Shown: positions 10,568 through 21,407, counted from the first letter of the stretch. The stretch is DNA of 64,000 bases from Candidatus Krumholzibacteriia bacterium (GCA_963770685.1 CAVYQN010000001.1:218650-282649), one strand, 5' to 3'. Translations and numbers: made by a program. The notes: a model not told the origin generated them from the sequence alone.

Positions 10568-12526
10568 TCATCTTACGAGAATCACTTTCCCGCCGGCGGA
10601 CCGGTCCCCAGAACGAAGCCTTACGAAATAAACACCGCTCGGCGCCTCGCGTCCATCGTCATCCCTGCCATCCCAGCAGAACCCTCGGCCCGGATCCTCC
10701 ATCGTCCCGTCGAACAGGCTCCTCACCCTCCTGCCGGCAGCGTCGTATATCGCGATCCTGACCGCGCGGGGAAAAGCGCCGTTCAGGCGATCCTCCGCCG
10801 CGGGGAACGATTCCTTCGCGTTCTCCAGTCGAATGAATGTCGAAGAACCGAAAGGGTTGGGGCTGGCTCGCAAGAAAAGGGGAGCCGAATCACTGCCCAC
10901 GGGCTTGAGCTCCCCCGTATCGCAAGCCCGCCCGGCAAGGATTTCGTAATATTCCCTTCCAGCCCGGAAAAAATCCGAAGTCGCGATCGAATCTTCGGCT
11001 GACGGCCAGTCCTCCCTGTCAGCGAGAATCCCGAGGACGGAATCGATCCAGTCCGCCAGCCTTTCCGCGGCGAAACGTTCGTTTATCCGCACGTGCTCCA
11101 TGTTGAAATAGAACGGCGATGTGTGGGCAAAAAGGGAATCGCCCGTCGTGAACCAGTTGCCGTTACGGCCGAGCGCCCTCGCCGCGATCCACGAGCTTTC
11201 GCTGACCCTGATATTGACGAGGGTATCGATCATGCACGGATCCGTCGTCGGATATATCGTCTTGACGCATTGGCCGTTCCTGACGATCTCCACCCTCTCG
11301 AGCGGATAGGCGCATTCGACCGTCACCTCCACCGGGATCTTGTATTCCCCCCTGTATACGAAAAGGGTGTCGCCCGCCCCGAAGCCGAGGACGGCGAAAC
11401 GGGAGAAGAGCGGACCGTTCGTCGCGAATGTCCTTCCCCTCCTGATTCCCTCGAGCCATGCAAGATAATCGAACTCCTCCGTTCCGATATTCACGTACGT
11501 CCGGAAACCCCCGGCCGGATACTGGTCGAGCTGGTTCAGCAGGGCGTCCGTCCCTCCGCAACAGGGAATCCTGAAGCCGCAGTTGAGCAGGTCATACCAC
11601 AGGCCCGTCTGCATTCCCCACCCGTGATTGCTGTAGCTCAGTATCTCGACGGCGTCGACCTTCCCGTACATCACGTCGACCGGCAGCTCCCTCGCGATCC
11701 CCGATCCGGGCCAGTCGATTATCTGGTCGAAATCATCGGACGAAACGGGATGCGCGGCGATCACGATCGCCCCGTCCTGGGAATGCGCCGCATCGGCGAA
11801 ACCGGCGAGAATCCCGCCCCAGTTCTCGGAGGTGGGCTGCAGGAGCGTGTTCAATCCGAGCAGGCCGTAATGGCCGTAGACGCCGCTCCGCTTCTCCTCG
11901 GTCATGTAGACGATGCAGTCCGGGGAGCTGCACGGATCGGGGCCGCCCGTGAAAAAATATTCATTGTCGAGGCAGTTTATCACGGCGAGATCCTCGGCAG
12001 TGGCCATGAAAAGGGCCTCGCACGGATCGAGCGTGTAATAGCCGTAACCGTGATTGAGATGGGTATGGGGGTCGCCCGGATACCATCCGGCCGCCCTCAT
12101 GTCGCATATTCTCCCGAGACCGACCACCACCGCCGTATCGGCGCTCACTTCTATCGAGCGGACGTCCGCCCGGTATTCAAATCCGTATCCCGTCCGGACC
12201 GTCACCTTCCCCTCGGGCACGACCACCGAGTATTGCCCGGAACAGTAAAAATACCCCTCCTCCGCGCTATGGTAGAATGAGGTCCCCGGAGGCGGATAGC
12301 GATGGATGCCGTATTGATCGGTGACGCTGCACCTCGCGGGAAGCGCGCCGCCCGTCGCCGCGTCGACGACGTTCACCGTGAGGATGGACGCGGCCGCCAG
12401 CGCCGACGATTCGGACGCGCGACCGTACGCTCCCGCGCAAAGTAGAAGGCAGATGGCCGCGGCCCCCACCGGAGTGAATACGGAACGTGCGGAGAAGATT
12501 CCATTGCGACATTCGAAATTTGACAT
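10568..12526 (-). CDS. Secreted PHP-domain metal-dependent phosphoesterase with T9SS C-terminal sorting domain
   Basis: Signal peptide, then PGDPHTHLNHGYG...IAAHPV...CCGGTDAL (PHP/CehA-like His clusters). C-terminus SPNPFGSSTFIRL...IYDAAGRRVRSLFDG...WDGRDDDGREAPSGVYFVRL is a Por_Secre_tail. Confidence 0.65.
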   Translation of the reverse strand: MSNFECRNGIFSARSVFTPVGAAAICLLLCAGAYGRASESSALAAASILTVNVVDAATGGALPARCSVTDQYGIHRYPPPGTSFYHSAEEGYFYCSGQYSVVVPEGKVTVRTGYGFEYRADVRSIEVSADTAVVVGLGRICDMRAAGWYPGDPHTHLNHGYGYYTLDPCEALFMATAEDLAVINCLDNEYFFTGGPDPCSSPDCIVYMTEEKRSGVYGHYGLLGLNTLLQPTSENWGGILAGFADAAHSQDGAIVIAAHPVSSDDFDQIIDWPGSGIARELPVDVMYGKVDAVEILSYSNHGWGMQTGLWYDLLNCGFRIPCCGGTDALLNQLDQYPAGGFRTYVNIGTEEFDYLAWLEGIRRGRTFATNGPLFSRFAVLGFGAGDTLFVYRGEYKIPVEVTVECAYPLERVEIVRNGQCVKTIYPTTDPCMIDTLVNIRVSESSWIAARALGRNGNWFTTGDSLFAHTSPFYFNMEHVRINERFAAERLADWIDSVLGILADREDWPSAEDSIATSDFFRAGREYYEILAGRACDTGELKPVGSDSAPLFLRASPNPFGSSTFIRLENAKESFPAAEDRLNGAFPRAVRIAIYDAAGRRVRSLFDGTMEDPGRGFCWDGRDDDGREAPSGVYFVRLRSGDRSAGGKVILVR

Positions 12527-12560
12527 GGGCTGTACCGGCAGGCTGAGGTCTTCTGTTTTC

Positions 12561-14798
12561 CTATTCCTCTTCTTCCGCGAGGATCCCCCATTCCTCGAAT
12601 ATGGAATTAGCTATGAGATAGACCGACTCGTGATCGAAGAACCACAGCGGCAATCCGAAATGAAAGCTGTTGGCCGCTACGGCGACCCCTTCCTGAACGT
12701 CCGGCACCTTGTCGGAATATTTCGAGAGCACCAGCGCGACGACGGCGTAATCGACGGCCGAGGTCGTGTTGCGCGCGCGCATCCTGTATAGCGGATGGAA
12801 ACACGACCTCTGGTCGATCTGCCTCGTGTCCATCCAGTACTTTGTGTCGTACATCTCGACGTACGTGAATCCCCTCACCTGCGGGTTGAAGAAGCAGGAC
12901 GGACATGTGACCTCGTCGGAGAGACGGACTTCCGCGGGCATCTCCGGGAACTCGAGAGCCATCGGGTCAGTCGCATCCTTCACGATGTACCTCAGTGCAT
13001 CCCTCTCCAGACTCCTGGCGGGCATTTCGGCGCCGGTCCGGAAACTGGCGGTCACCTTGTCCACCACCGATACGCAGAAATCCCTGTACCCCATGCAATT
13101 CACCCCGCTCGTGTCGGATTCGCTCCCGGTCATGTCGTATTTGAAGGAGGCCGGGAACAACGGCGCCTGCGGGAATATCAGCGACAACCCTCCCCCAGCC
13201 CTGTCCGACCGGCCGAGCAGCCATAGATGGCCGCCCTTGGTAAGAAATATCGACAGGTAGTTGACCGGCAGCGTCCCCGCCTCGCCGATCATGCTTTCCG
13301 GAGTGAATTTTATTATCTGACCGAGCGTGGTGTTGGTCGAAGAACTGTAAGTCCAGATGATATTCTTGTACTTACCTATCCTTTCCATCTCGGGCGCCTT
13401 GAAATTCAGATCGGCGCAATCGATCACATCCCTTTCCGGCAGGAATCCCGGAGCCATACCGCAGATATTCAACCAGAACTCATCGTGCGCGGACTCGGTC
13501 GGCAGCACCATGTTCGGGAAGAAGGTATCGTCGAGGGGGAAATCGTCGACCCACAGAAGATCCCTTTCCATCGAGAAGGGGATCACCTCCACCTCTATCC
13601 TGCCGAGGGTGATCTTCCCGCCGTTGTCTATAACCTGGATATAGAACATGTGGGTGCCGGAGTACAGAATCCGCTCCGGGGCCTGCTTGTGGTATGGGCT
13701 GAAGTTCACTTCCCAGCTTTTCGGATCGATGAGGTCCTGGACGTCCCAGCCGTATCGGTACCCTGATATCTCTCCTCCATACGAGCTCGCGTCGGCCGAC
13801 CATGAGAAATTGAGCGGCACGCCCGGGGGAAGCTGTTTCTGTTGGGGATTGATGTCGGGCCCTATAAACCGCGCCCCGCCGAGGAAGGGTTCCGTGACGG
13901 TGAGAAGGGGGCCGGTTTTCCATGAAACAATGAACTGCTTCACGTTGTGGTTCTTGCGAAAAATGGCCGTGACCGCGCCGGCCTCGTCCTTCGCCTGTAC
14001 CGCGAAGATGTAGCTGCGGTTGACCTGCAGAATCTCGTCGTCCCCGAGAATCGTCGAGCGCCCGGAATCGCCGGGAGCGGTGTAGCTTGTCCAGGAAGAC
14101 CACTTATCCTCGTAGAATTCCGGATTCGCGTTGAGATGGTCTATAATGAGGAATGACGGGTCGTATATGTTCTCCGGCGTTACGACCTGGGAATAAAGGT
14201 ATCTCACCGAATCGGGCGACTGCGAATTCGAAGGGCTGTCTATGGGATCCCTTCCGTCCCACCTGAATGTGATTACCGTGCTGTACGTCGTCGATGAGCC
14301 TGCCGGGGCCTTGATATCGATCAGCGGAGCGAGGGTCCACGCGGTGAACGAGCGCGTAGCCGGCTCGGACCGATTCCCATCGAGGTCCACCGCCCTGATG
14401 AACAAGGTATGGGTGCGGTCGAATACCGTATAGAGCGAATTCGGGGGATAGGGGCGGGGGGAACTGTCGGCCGCGACCCTGAAGATGCTGTCAAAGCTCG
14501 TCGTCTTCGTCCATTTATCGAGTCCGGCGGTGTCCGCCGGCGAGAATCCGATCGGGTCCCCCTCGGCCACGACAAACTCGAACCCGGCCAGCTCTCCGTC
14601 CGGGTCCCATCCGCTCCAGTAGAAATGAACCTGGTAACTCGTCGTATCGTTCTCGACGGGGCCGCTGGAGAGCCAGACCTCGGGCGCCTGGTTCGTATGT
14701 ATCTTGCCCGTAATGACGCCGTCGGAACAGCCCGTAAGGAGGACGGCCAGCGCCGCCACAACGCATAACAGGATACCGGAAATCCGATAAAGCTTCAT
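12561..14798 (-). CDS. Large lipoprotein of unknown function (745 aa)
   Basis: Lipobox LLTGCS. Contains repeated W-x-G-W-D-P-D-G-like and beta-rich segments. No catalytic motif recognised. Confidence 0.55.
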   Translation of the reverse strand: MKLYRISGILLCVVAALAVLLTGCSDGVITGKIHTNQAPEVWLSSGPVENDTTSYQVHFYWSGWDPDGELAGFEFVVAEGDPIGFSPADTAGLDKWTKTTSFDSIFRVAADSSPRPYPPNSLYTVFDRTHTLFIRAVDLDGNRSEPATRSFTAWTLAPLIDIKAPAGSSTTYSTVITFRWDGRDPIDSPSNSQSPDSVRYLYSQVVTPENIYDPSFLIIDHLNANPEFYEDKWSSWTSYTAPGDSGRSTILGDDEILQVNRSYIFAVQAKDEAGAVTAIFRKNHNVKQFIVSWKTGPLLTVTEPFLGGARFIGPDINPQQKQLPPGVPLNFSWSADASSYGGEISGYRYGWDVQDLIDPKSWEVNFSPYHKQAPERILYSGTHMFYIQVIDNGGKITLGRIEVEVIPFSMERDLLWVDDFPLDDTFFPNMVLPTESAHDEFWLNICGMAPGFLPERDVIDCADLNFKAPEMERIGKYKNIIWTYSSSTNTTLGQIIKFTPESMIGEAGTLPVNYLSIFLTKGGHLWLLGRSDRAGGGLSLIFPQAPLFPASFKYDMTGSESDTSGVNCMGYRDFCVSVVDKVTASFRTGAEMPARSLERDALRYIVKDATDPMALEFPEMPAEVRLSDEVTCPSCFFNPQVRGFTYVEMYDTKYWMDTRQIDQRSCFHPLYRMRARNTTSAVDYAVVALVLSKYSDKVPDVQEGVAVAANSFHFGLPLWFFDHESVYLIANSIFEEWGILAEEEE

Positions 14799-14944
14799 CC
14801 GACTTCTCCCGCGCTGTGAAACGATATTTATCGCTGTCGATTAAATATATATATAAATCGAATATCTTCAAGCAGGAAATGCTGTTTTTCGGAGGAGCTT
14901 TGCGGCGGGACGGCTTGCCGGTTCATGCCCGGCGGACGCGATCG

Positions 14945-14990
14945 TGACAGAAATGAAACGCGGCCGGCGCCTCCGGAGGCGCCGGCCGCG
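14945..14990 (-). terminator. Rho-independent terminator of the tricorn-protease gene (perfect 32-nt GC palindrome)
   Basis: CGCGGCCGGCGCCTCCGGAGGCGCCGGCCGCG at 14959-14990. On the minus strand it is followed by TTTCATTTCTGTC. Confidence 0.5.
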
Positions 14991-15097
14991 GGCATCGAAC
15001 TTACGCTATTTGCTTCGATCCGGATGGGGAGGCGTCTTTATCCTTTTGACGGGATTTTTCCTCAGTTCCTCGAGAAGGTATTCCATCGCCTTCTCGA

Positions 15098-18000
15098 TCA
15101 TCGGTTCCCGCCCGCCTGTATCATCGTCGGATCGTCCCAGACGTAGATGTCCGGGTCGACTCCGACCGCCTCGACGTCCCACTCGCCTTCGGGATTCAGG
15201 AATGCGAACCCCGGGACCGCGAGGCCGCCGCCGTCGATGAATCCGGGCGAGAATCCGTAGCCTATCAGGCCGCCCCAGGTCTTTTCGCCGATCAGGGGGC
15301 CGAGGCCCGCCTTTCGGAAATAGAACGGGAAGGCGTCCCCTCCGGACGAGGAAAGGCCGTTGATCAGCATCGCCTTCGGCCCCTCGTTCAGCGGGAAGGG
15401 CGTCGAGGTCGGTTCGACATGCCTCGCCGACCAGTAGCTGAACGCCTTCGACCCCATCGTCTGAACCATCTCATAGGGGGAATGCCCGCCGCCGTTGTAG
15501 CGTTCGTCGATGATCAGGGCTTCCTTGTTCATGAGCGGCTGCCACGCCTTGAGAAATTCCCTGTACCCGTCGAGCCACGTGTTGGGAACATGTATGTAGC
15601 CGATCCTTCCGCCCGAAAGTTCGTCGACCAGCTTCCTGTTCTTCTCAACCCAGTCCATGTAGAAAAGGGAAAGCTCCGACTCGATCGGCGTCACCGTGAT
15701 ATCGCGAGCCCCCTTCAGCGACGGCTTGTCGTTTATCTTCAGCGCGACCGGGATCCCCACCTTGTTCTCCAGATGCGCGTAGGGGCTTTGGGAAGTACTG
15801 ACGCTTTTACCGTCGATCTCGAGAAGGTACGTCCCCTCGGCGACGTTCATGCCGGGCTCCGTGAGAGGCGACCTCTCGTTTTCGTTCCAGTTGGCGCCCC
15901 TGTATATCTTCGAGATCCTGTAATAGTCGCCGTCCGCCTCGAACCTGCAACCGAGAAGGCCCACCGGCACGCGCTTCACGCGGGGCATGTCGCCCGAGTT
16001 GACGTAGCAATGCCCCGCGTTGAGCTCGCCTATCAGCTCGCCGATGATGTAATCGAGGTCCCCCCTGTGAGCCACGTGCGGAACGAGCGCCGCGTAACGA
16101 TCGTGCATCTTCTTCCAGTCGACTCCGTGCATGTTCGGGTCGTAGAACCAGTCGCGCATTATTCTCCATGCGTCGTGGTATATCTGGCTCCATTCGTCGG
16201 CCGGATCGATCCTCGTCTCCATTTCGGAGAAATCGAGTCGGCCCTCCGAAGTTTTCTGGCCCGGAGCGAGGTCGGCGATGCCGTAATCGTCGCCGGGCAT
16301 GGAGAAGATGAATTTCCCTCCGCCCGCCGAAACCTGGTAACCCGCGAGGCCGCTCATGATCTCCTTCGTTTCGCGCTTTTCGAGATCGAATTTCTTCAGA
16401 ACATTCTTGCCGGCCTCGTCGGTCGTCATGAAAACGATCCCGCCTTCGACGGCCGTGAGAGCGAAATAATTTCCGGCCGCGCCCGGAATCGCAAGAGCCC
16501 TTCCGTCGAAACCCTCGGGGTCAACGTCGACCACGACCTTTTCGTCCTTCTTTTCCTCTCCCTTGCCCGCCTTCTTGTCATCCTTCGGGGCGTCGGCCGC
16601 CTCTTCCGCCTTCGGCTGTTCCTCGTCGCTGAGCGGAGCGACCGGATTCGGAGTGTCGGCCTTGAGCGTCGCTATGTAGATTCTGTCGTCCCACCTTTTG
16701 GCGGGGTAGATGAAATCCCTGCTCGAGACGAAGTAGACGTACTTCCCGTCCTTCGAGAAGACGATGTCCCTTTCGTTGGTGAAATCGCCCGTCAACCGGG
16801 CCGTTTTGCCGCTGCCCAGCGAATAGATCCAGAGGGAGGTCATGAGGTTGTCGCCGGTCTTCGTGTACCCTATCCACCTGCCGTCGGGCGAGAAGGTATA
16901 ATCCCTGATCGCCGCGAACGCCGAGACATCCGCCTGCCGCTTCTCGCCGCTCTCCACGTCGACGTACCACAACCTGTTCCTTTTGTCACCGTATGCTATC
17001 ATCCTGCTGTCGGGCGACCATACCAGACCGTTGATCCACGAATCCGTGCCCTTCGTGATCTGCCTCGGCGAGCCCTCTCCATCCTGCGGACGAATCCATA
17101 TCTCGTACTCTCCGCTTTCCTCCGAGAGGTAGGCTATCCACCTTCCGTCCGGCGACCACTCCGTCTCGCGCTGCCTGACGTCGGGGGACTTCGAGAGGTT
17201 CCTGATCATGCCGTGCTCGGCCGGGACGGTGAAGATCTCGCCCCTCGCCTCGAAGACCGCTCTTTTTCCCGATGGAGATATCGAAAATGAGCCGATATTA
17301 TCCTGCACGTTCTTGTAGACGGGCCTGACGAACGGCTTGTCGCTGCCGAGAGCGACCTCGATCTTCCTCGGTTCGCGGCTCCCGTCCTCCATCCAGTAGA
17401 TGTATCCCCCGTTCTCGAAGATGATCCTGTTCCCGCCGCGGCTCGGCCACAGCACGTCGTACTCCTTGAAATCGGTCACCTTCGCGAGATCCTTCGTCGC
17501 CAGGTCGTACCTGTAGATATTCAGCTTTCTCAGCTCGTCGCGGTCCGACGTGAAATATATTCCGTCGCCCACCCACATCGGGAAATTGTCCGTGCCTTCG
17601 TAGGGAGCTATTCGTTCGATCTCGTTCTTTTTCAGATCGTAAATGAAAACATCCTGCGCGCGACCCGCGGTATACCGCTTCCAGTTCCTGAACTCGCGCG
17701 ACTTTATGTTGTAGGCCAGCTTGCCGCCGTCGGGAGAAAGGGAGGCGGGCCCCCCCTCGGGTATCTGCAGCTCCTCCTCCACCCCGGGCTTTTCGGGATC
17801 GATCAGGAAATACTTCCCCTCCCTTTCCCCGAACGGGGTCCTGTTCGCGCGGACGAGAATCTTCTTCCCGTCCGGCGTCCAGTCGAGGATCATGTAGTCA
17901 TACCCGCCGCGGGGCGGCATGACACCCACGTCGGGGTAAAAGGTGAGCTGTTTCGGCACCCCGCCATCCCAGGGCACCACGTATACCTGCCTCGATCCCG

Positions 18001-18271
18001 AATATTCGCCGCTGAAGGCTATCCGTTTGCCGTCCGGGGATATTCTCGGAAATATCTCCAGCCCTTCGGGAAACGACGTGACCCTTCGGGCCTGGCCGCC
18101 CGCGGTATTGACGGCCCATATATCCCCCGCGTAGACAAAGACCGCCTTGTCGCCCATGATGTGCGGGTAACGCAGCAGTCTCGCTTCCTCGCCGCTCGCC
18201 TGCCGGGCCACGCAGGAAATCAGGATCATGGCCGCGGCGGCGAAAGCGGGCCTGTAAAACGACCTTCGCAT
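15098..18271 (-). CDS. Tricorn protease homolog (beta-propellers, PDZ, S41-like C-terminal peptidase domain), secreted
   Basis: About 1057 aa. Start at MRRSFYRPAFAAAAMILISC (signal peptide). WD/TolB-like propeller repeats. C-terminal LINGLSSSGGDAFPFYF serine-nucleophile region as in tricorn/S41 peptidases. Confidence 0.75.
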   Translation of the reverse strand: MRRSFYRPAFAAAAMILISCVARQASGEEARLLRYPHIMGDKAVFVYAGDIWAVNTAGGQARRVTSFPEGLEIFPRISPDGKRIAFSGEYSGSRQVYVVPWDGGVPKQLTFYPDVGVMPPRGGYDYMILDWTPDGKKILVRANRTPFGEREGKYFLIDPEKPGVEEELQIPEGGPASLSPDGGKLAYNIKSREFRNWKRYTAGRAQDVFIYDLKKNEIERIAPYEGTDNFPMWVGDGIYFTSDRDELRKLNIYRYDLATKDLAKVTDFKEYDVLWPSRGGNRIIFENGGYIYWMEDGSREPRKIEVALGSDKPFVRPVYKNVQDNIGSFSISPSGKRAVFEARGEIFTVPAEHGMIRNLSKSPDVRQRETEWSPDGRWIAYLSEESGEYEIWIRPQDGEGSPRQITKGTDSWINGLVWSPDSRMIAYGDKRNRLWYVDVESGEKRQADVSAFAAIRDYTFSPDGRWIGYTKTGDNLMTSLWIYSLGSGKTARLTGDFTNERDIVFSKDGKYVYFVSSRDFIYPAKRWDDRIYIATLKADTPNPVAPLSDEEQPKAEEAADAPKDDKKAGKGEEKKDEKVVVDVDPEGFDGRALAIPGAAGNYFALTAVEGGIVFMTTDEAGKNVLKKFDLEKRETKEIMSGLAGYQVSAGGGKFIFSMPGDDYGIADLAPGQKTSEGRLDFSEMETRIDPADEWSQIYHDAWRIMRDWFYDPNMHGVDWKKMHDRYAALVPHVAHRGDLDYIIGELIGELNAGHCYVNSGDMPRVKRVPVGLLGCRFEADGDYYRISKIYRGANWNENERSPLTEPGMNVAEGTYLLEIDGKSVSTSQSPYAHLENKVGIPVALKINDKPSLKGARDITVTPIESELSLFYMDWVEKNRKLVDELSGGRIGYIHVPNTWLDGYREFLKAWQPLMNKEALIIDERYNGGGHSPYEMVQTMGSKAFSYWSARHVEPTSTPFPLNEGPKAMLINGLSSSGGDAFPFYFRKAGLGPLIGEKTWGGLIGYGFSPGFIDGGGLAVPGFAFLNPEGEWDVEAVGVDPDIYVWDDPTMIQAGGNR

Positions 18272-18432
18272 CCGCCCTCCTTTGGAAAACAGTCTCCGCC
18301 TCAAGTAAACCTTGAGCGATCGTACAGGATATACACTGGCGCCGTCCACTGGTTCCCCGCCCGGGAACAGCTTCAGACTTGACAGGACTGCCGTTATGGA
18401 ATATCTACTGCATTGACGAATCCGGGCGGCGG

Positions 18433-19234
18433 ATGACGGCGTCCTTTCGACCCGGTGCGTCCTTTCACTCTGCCCTGAGAGGCCTGATGGCTGATAATAA
18501 AGGAATCCCGGCGAACCTCTCGGCCGGCCGCCCGGCGGGCGCGCAAGACCTTATAATAGTGCGGCGGCACCGCCTGGTCCGGGCCATGGCGCCGCGATCC
18601 GGCGGCGTGCTCCTCGATTTCGGATGCGGCGACGGGGCGCAGACCCTTCTTTTCGCGAAATGATTTCCCGGCAATCATAGGGCTCGACATCGGAGCGGGC
18701 CTTCTCGCCCGGCTCAGGGACGAAGCGGCGGAGCGCGGCCTCGGCGGCGTCGTCCTGCCGGTGAATTACGACGGAAGAAACATCCCCCTCGCCGACGGCT
18801 CGGTCGACTTCGCCGTATCGTTCGAAGTGCTCGAGCACGTGAAAGAGGAGGCGCAAATCCTGGCCGAGCTGGCAAGGGTGACGAGGCCGGGCGGAATCCT
18901 CGCGATGTCGGTGCCCAACCGCTGGTGGATATTCGAGACTCACGGCGCGAACCTTCCGCTGCTGCCGTGGAACCGCGTGCCCTTTTTCAGCTGGCTTCCG
19001 AAAGGGCTGCACGACAGGTGGGCGAGGGCGAGGATCTATACGAAAAGGGAGATCTGCGGAAAACTGTCCGGCGCGGGTTTCGAGATCCTGGATTCGGCCT
19101 ACGTCACCGCTCCGATGGACGTGGTACGCTGGCGCCCCTTGAGGAAGTTTCTTCGTTCGACCCTGTTCAGAAACGATCGCACCGGCGTCCCCTGGATGTC
19201 GACGGCGGTTCTCGTCGTGGCCCGGCGAAGGTGA
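18433..19234 (+). CDS. Class I SAM-dependent methyltransferase; frame break near 18655-18665
   Basis: Motif I VLLDFGCGDG in ORF 18379-18663. The remainder (post-I acidic loop, GGILAMSVPN) is in ORF 18761-19234 in another frame. Clean junction at ...cttttcgcgaaatgatttccc... Confidence 0.55.
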
Positions 19235-19243
19235 CCGGGACGG

Positions 19244-19627
19244 TCAATCGCCGGCGGGATCGCCCGGATCGAGGAGCCACTTTAATCCGTCCTCGCGGCT
19301 GGTGAAACAGCGAACGTCCAGGCCCCGGTTGACCGCCACGTTTTCGAAGAACTTGCCGATCTCCTTCCTCTCCTCCTTCACGACGAGGGCCAGCCTGATA
19401 TTCCCGGGCGCGTCCTGCGTGAGGCCCGAGGCGAAATCGAAATAATCCACCGTGGCAGGATAGGCGCGCGCCGTGGTGACATCGACCAGAACCCTGTGCC
19501 AGCCGTTCCGGGCAAGTATCTCGTTGGCGTCTATCTTGGAATTCTCGAGCTCGGAGATCGTGAATTCGCCGAAGTAGTACAGCTCGATGTATTTCCCCTC
19601 GTCGAATTGCCTTATCGTGTAACTCAT
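19244..19627 (-). CDS. Hypothetical protein
   Basis: 127-aa ORF with coding-like composition. No motif recognised. Confidence 0.4.
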   Translation of the reverse strand: MSYTIRQFDEGKYIELYYFGEFTISELENSKIDANEILARNGWHRVLVDVTTARAYPATVDYFDFASGLTQDAPGNIRLALVVKEERKEIGKFFENVAVNRGLDVRCFTSREDGLKWLLDPGDPAGD

Positions 19628-19640
19628 ATCCTCCGCCGGA

Positions 19641-20084
19641 TCAAGGTTTCCTGAAATAAACGGTCATCGCCGCGCCCGCGACGCAGAGGATGATCCCCGC
19701 AAGCTGCACGGGGGATATCCGCTCTTTCAGAATGAAATACCCGAGTACCGTTCCGATCACGGGCGCAAAACAGAACGCTATGGTCATCACGGTCGATATA
19801 TTACCAGATTTCAGCCCGGTATAAAGAAAAATGATGCCGAGCCCGCCGGAAAGAATCCCTCCGCCCAGGGCGACTAGAAGGATCGGTTTCGGCCCTGAAT
19901 CCCTGACCTGGCTCCAGAAAGGGTGCGAGATGACGAGAAGCAGCGCCAGCGACACGAGTGTCCGGATCGCCGCCCCCATCACGGGCGAGAAGCCGCCCAG
20001 CCCGACTCCCCGTTTCTCGAGCATCGAGCCGCCTGCCCAGCACAGGGCGGCCAGTAAAGCCCACATCTCAGCGCGCATAACCAT
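19641..20084 (-). CDS. EamA-like (DMT superfamily) small membrane transporter
   Basis: Four hydrophobic helices. WALLAALCWAGGSMLEKRGV and ILCVAGAAM are typical of EamA domains. Confidence 0.5.
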   Translation of the reverse strand: MVMRAEMWALLAALCWAGGSMLEKRGVGLGGFSPVMGAAIRTLVSLALLLVISHPFWSQVRDSGPKPILLVALGGGILSGGLGIIFLYTGLKSGNISTVMTIAFCFAPVIGTVLGYFILKERISPVQLAGIILCVAGAAMTVYFRKP

Positions 20085-20099
20085 CCTTTCCAGCCGGCC

Positions 20100-20912
20100 T
20101 CACTTCGCGAAGATCAGCAGGCTGACCGCCATCACGACCATCCCGGCCACCAGGCCGTATATCGCCAGGTGGTGCTCCCCGTATTTCTGCGCGGTCGGGA
20201 GAAGTTCGTCCAGCGAGATGAATACCATGATCCCGGCCACCGACGCGAACAGCATACCGAAAACCACGTCGTTGATGAATGGGAATAGAACGGCGTACCC
20301 TATCGCCGCCCCGACGGGTTCGGCGAGCCCCGAAAGGAAGGAGTAGCCGAAGGCCTTTCTCCTGCTCCCCGTGGCGTAAAAAACGGGAACCGACACTGCG
20401 ATCCCCTCGGGAATGTTGTGGATCGCTATCGCGACGGCGATACCCACCCCCATCGCCGGGTCCCTGAGCGCCGCGGTGAATGTCGCGAGCCCCTCCGGGA
20501 AATTATGGATCGCGATCGCAAGGGCGGAAAACATCCCCATCCTCAGAAGGACGCTTTTGTCCGCCACGGCGCCGGGACCCATCTCCTCGAGCTTGCGGGC
20601 TTCGTGGGGATTTACCGCCGCCGGGACCAGCCTGTCTATGAGGGCGACGAGAAAGATCCCCGCGAAGAAGGCCAGCGTTGCCGCGAGATACCCTTTGAAA
20701 TCGCCGAGCGCGGCGCCGAGCGACACCCGCGCCTTGAAAAAGATCTCGACCATCGACACGTAGATCATCACGCCTGCCGAGAAGCCCAGGGAAACGCAGA
20801 GAAAACGGGTGTTGGTCTTTCTGGCGAAGAATGCGAGAGCGCTCCCCACCCCGGTCGAGAGGCCAGCGAACAGCGTCAGCCCGAAAGCGAAAAGGACGCT
20901 GTGCAACTGCAT
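20100..20912 (-). CDS. zupT: Zinc transporter ZupT (ZIP family)
   Basis: The duplicated signature motifs HNFPEGLA and HNIPEGIA are present. Confidence 0.85.
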   Translation of the reverse strand: MQLHSVLFAFGLTLFAGLSTGVGSALAFFARKTNTRFLCVSLGFSAGVMIYVSMVEIFFKARVSLGAALGDFKGYLAATLAFFAGIFLVALIDRLVPAAVNPHEARKLEEMGPGAVADKSVLLRMGMFSALAIAIHNFPEGLATFTAALRDPAMGVGIAVAIAIHNIPEGIAVSVPVFYATGSRRKAFGYSFLSGLAEPVGAAIGYAVLFPFINDVVFGMLFASVAGIMVFISLDELLPTAQKYGEHHLAIYGLVAGMVVMAVSLLIFAK

Positions 20913-20958
20913 CGGTGCCCTCCGGAACGAGACAAGCGCGCGGTGTAAATGACTGGAG

Positions 20959-21303
20959 CTATTTCAAGGCCGCAAGAGCTTCGTCGAGCGTGTCGTACAT
21001 CCTGAGTATCAGCTTGAGATTCGTGACCTTGAAAATATCCGACAGGCGCTTCGAATTGACGACGACGACAAGCTCCGACTTTTCCTTCTGAGCCATGGTC
21101 CACGCGGAAATCATTATCCCTATGCCCGTGCTGTTGGACCATTTCACCCTCGAGAGATCGAGGATGATCTTCTTAACGCCGGAGGCGAGGACGGTCTCCA
21201 CTTCCTTCCAGAGGAGATAGTCCTCCTTCTCGCCGGACAGTTTCCTGCTCCCCATGTCGATGACGGCGATGTCGCCCACGCGGACCGTTTCAATGCTGCT
21301 CAA
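20959..21303 (-). CDS. STAS-domain anti-sigma-factor antagonist (SpoIIAA-like)
   Basis: 114 aa with the [20 protein letters not shown] phosphorylatable-Ser region. No partner kinase in the window. Confidence 0.65.
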   Translation of the reverse strand: MSSIETVRVGDIAVIDMGSRKLSGEKEDYLLWKEVETVLASGVKKIILDLSRVKWSNSTGIGIMISAWTMAQKEKSELVVVVNSKRLSDIFKVTNLKLILRMYDTLDEALAALK

Positions 21304-21407
21304 GCCGTTCTCCTCCGGAATCGTCTCTTATGGTATAAACGATGGGCTAAAATTACGCCCGCCCGCCCATTCTTTCAAGATTATTTTTCAAGGCCGGCGC
21401 TGCCGAG

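Noticed and set aside
15419-17290. 623-aa plus-strand ORF
   Set aside because: Lies entirely antisense to the tricorn protease gene. Arg/Pro/Val-rich low-complexity translation with no motifs. Typical GC-rich antisense open frame.
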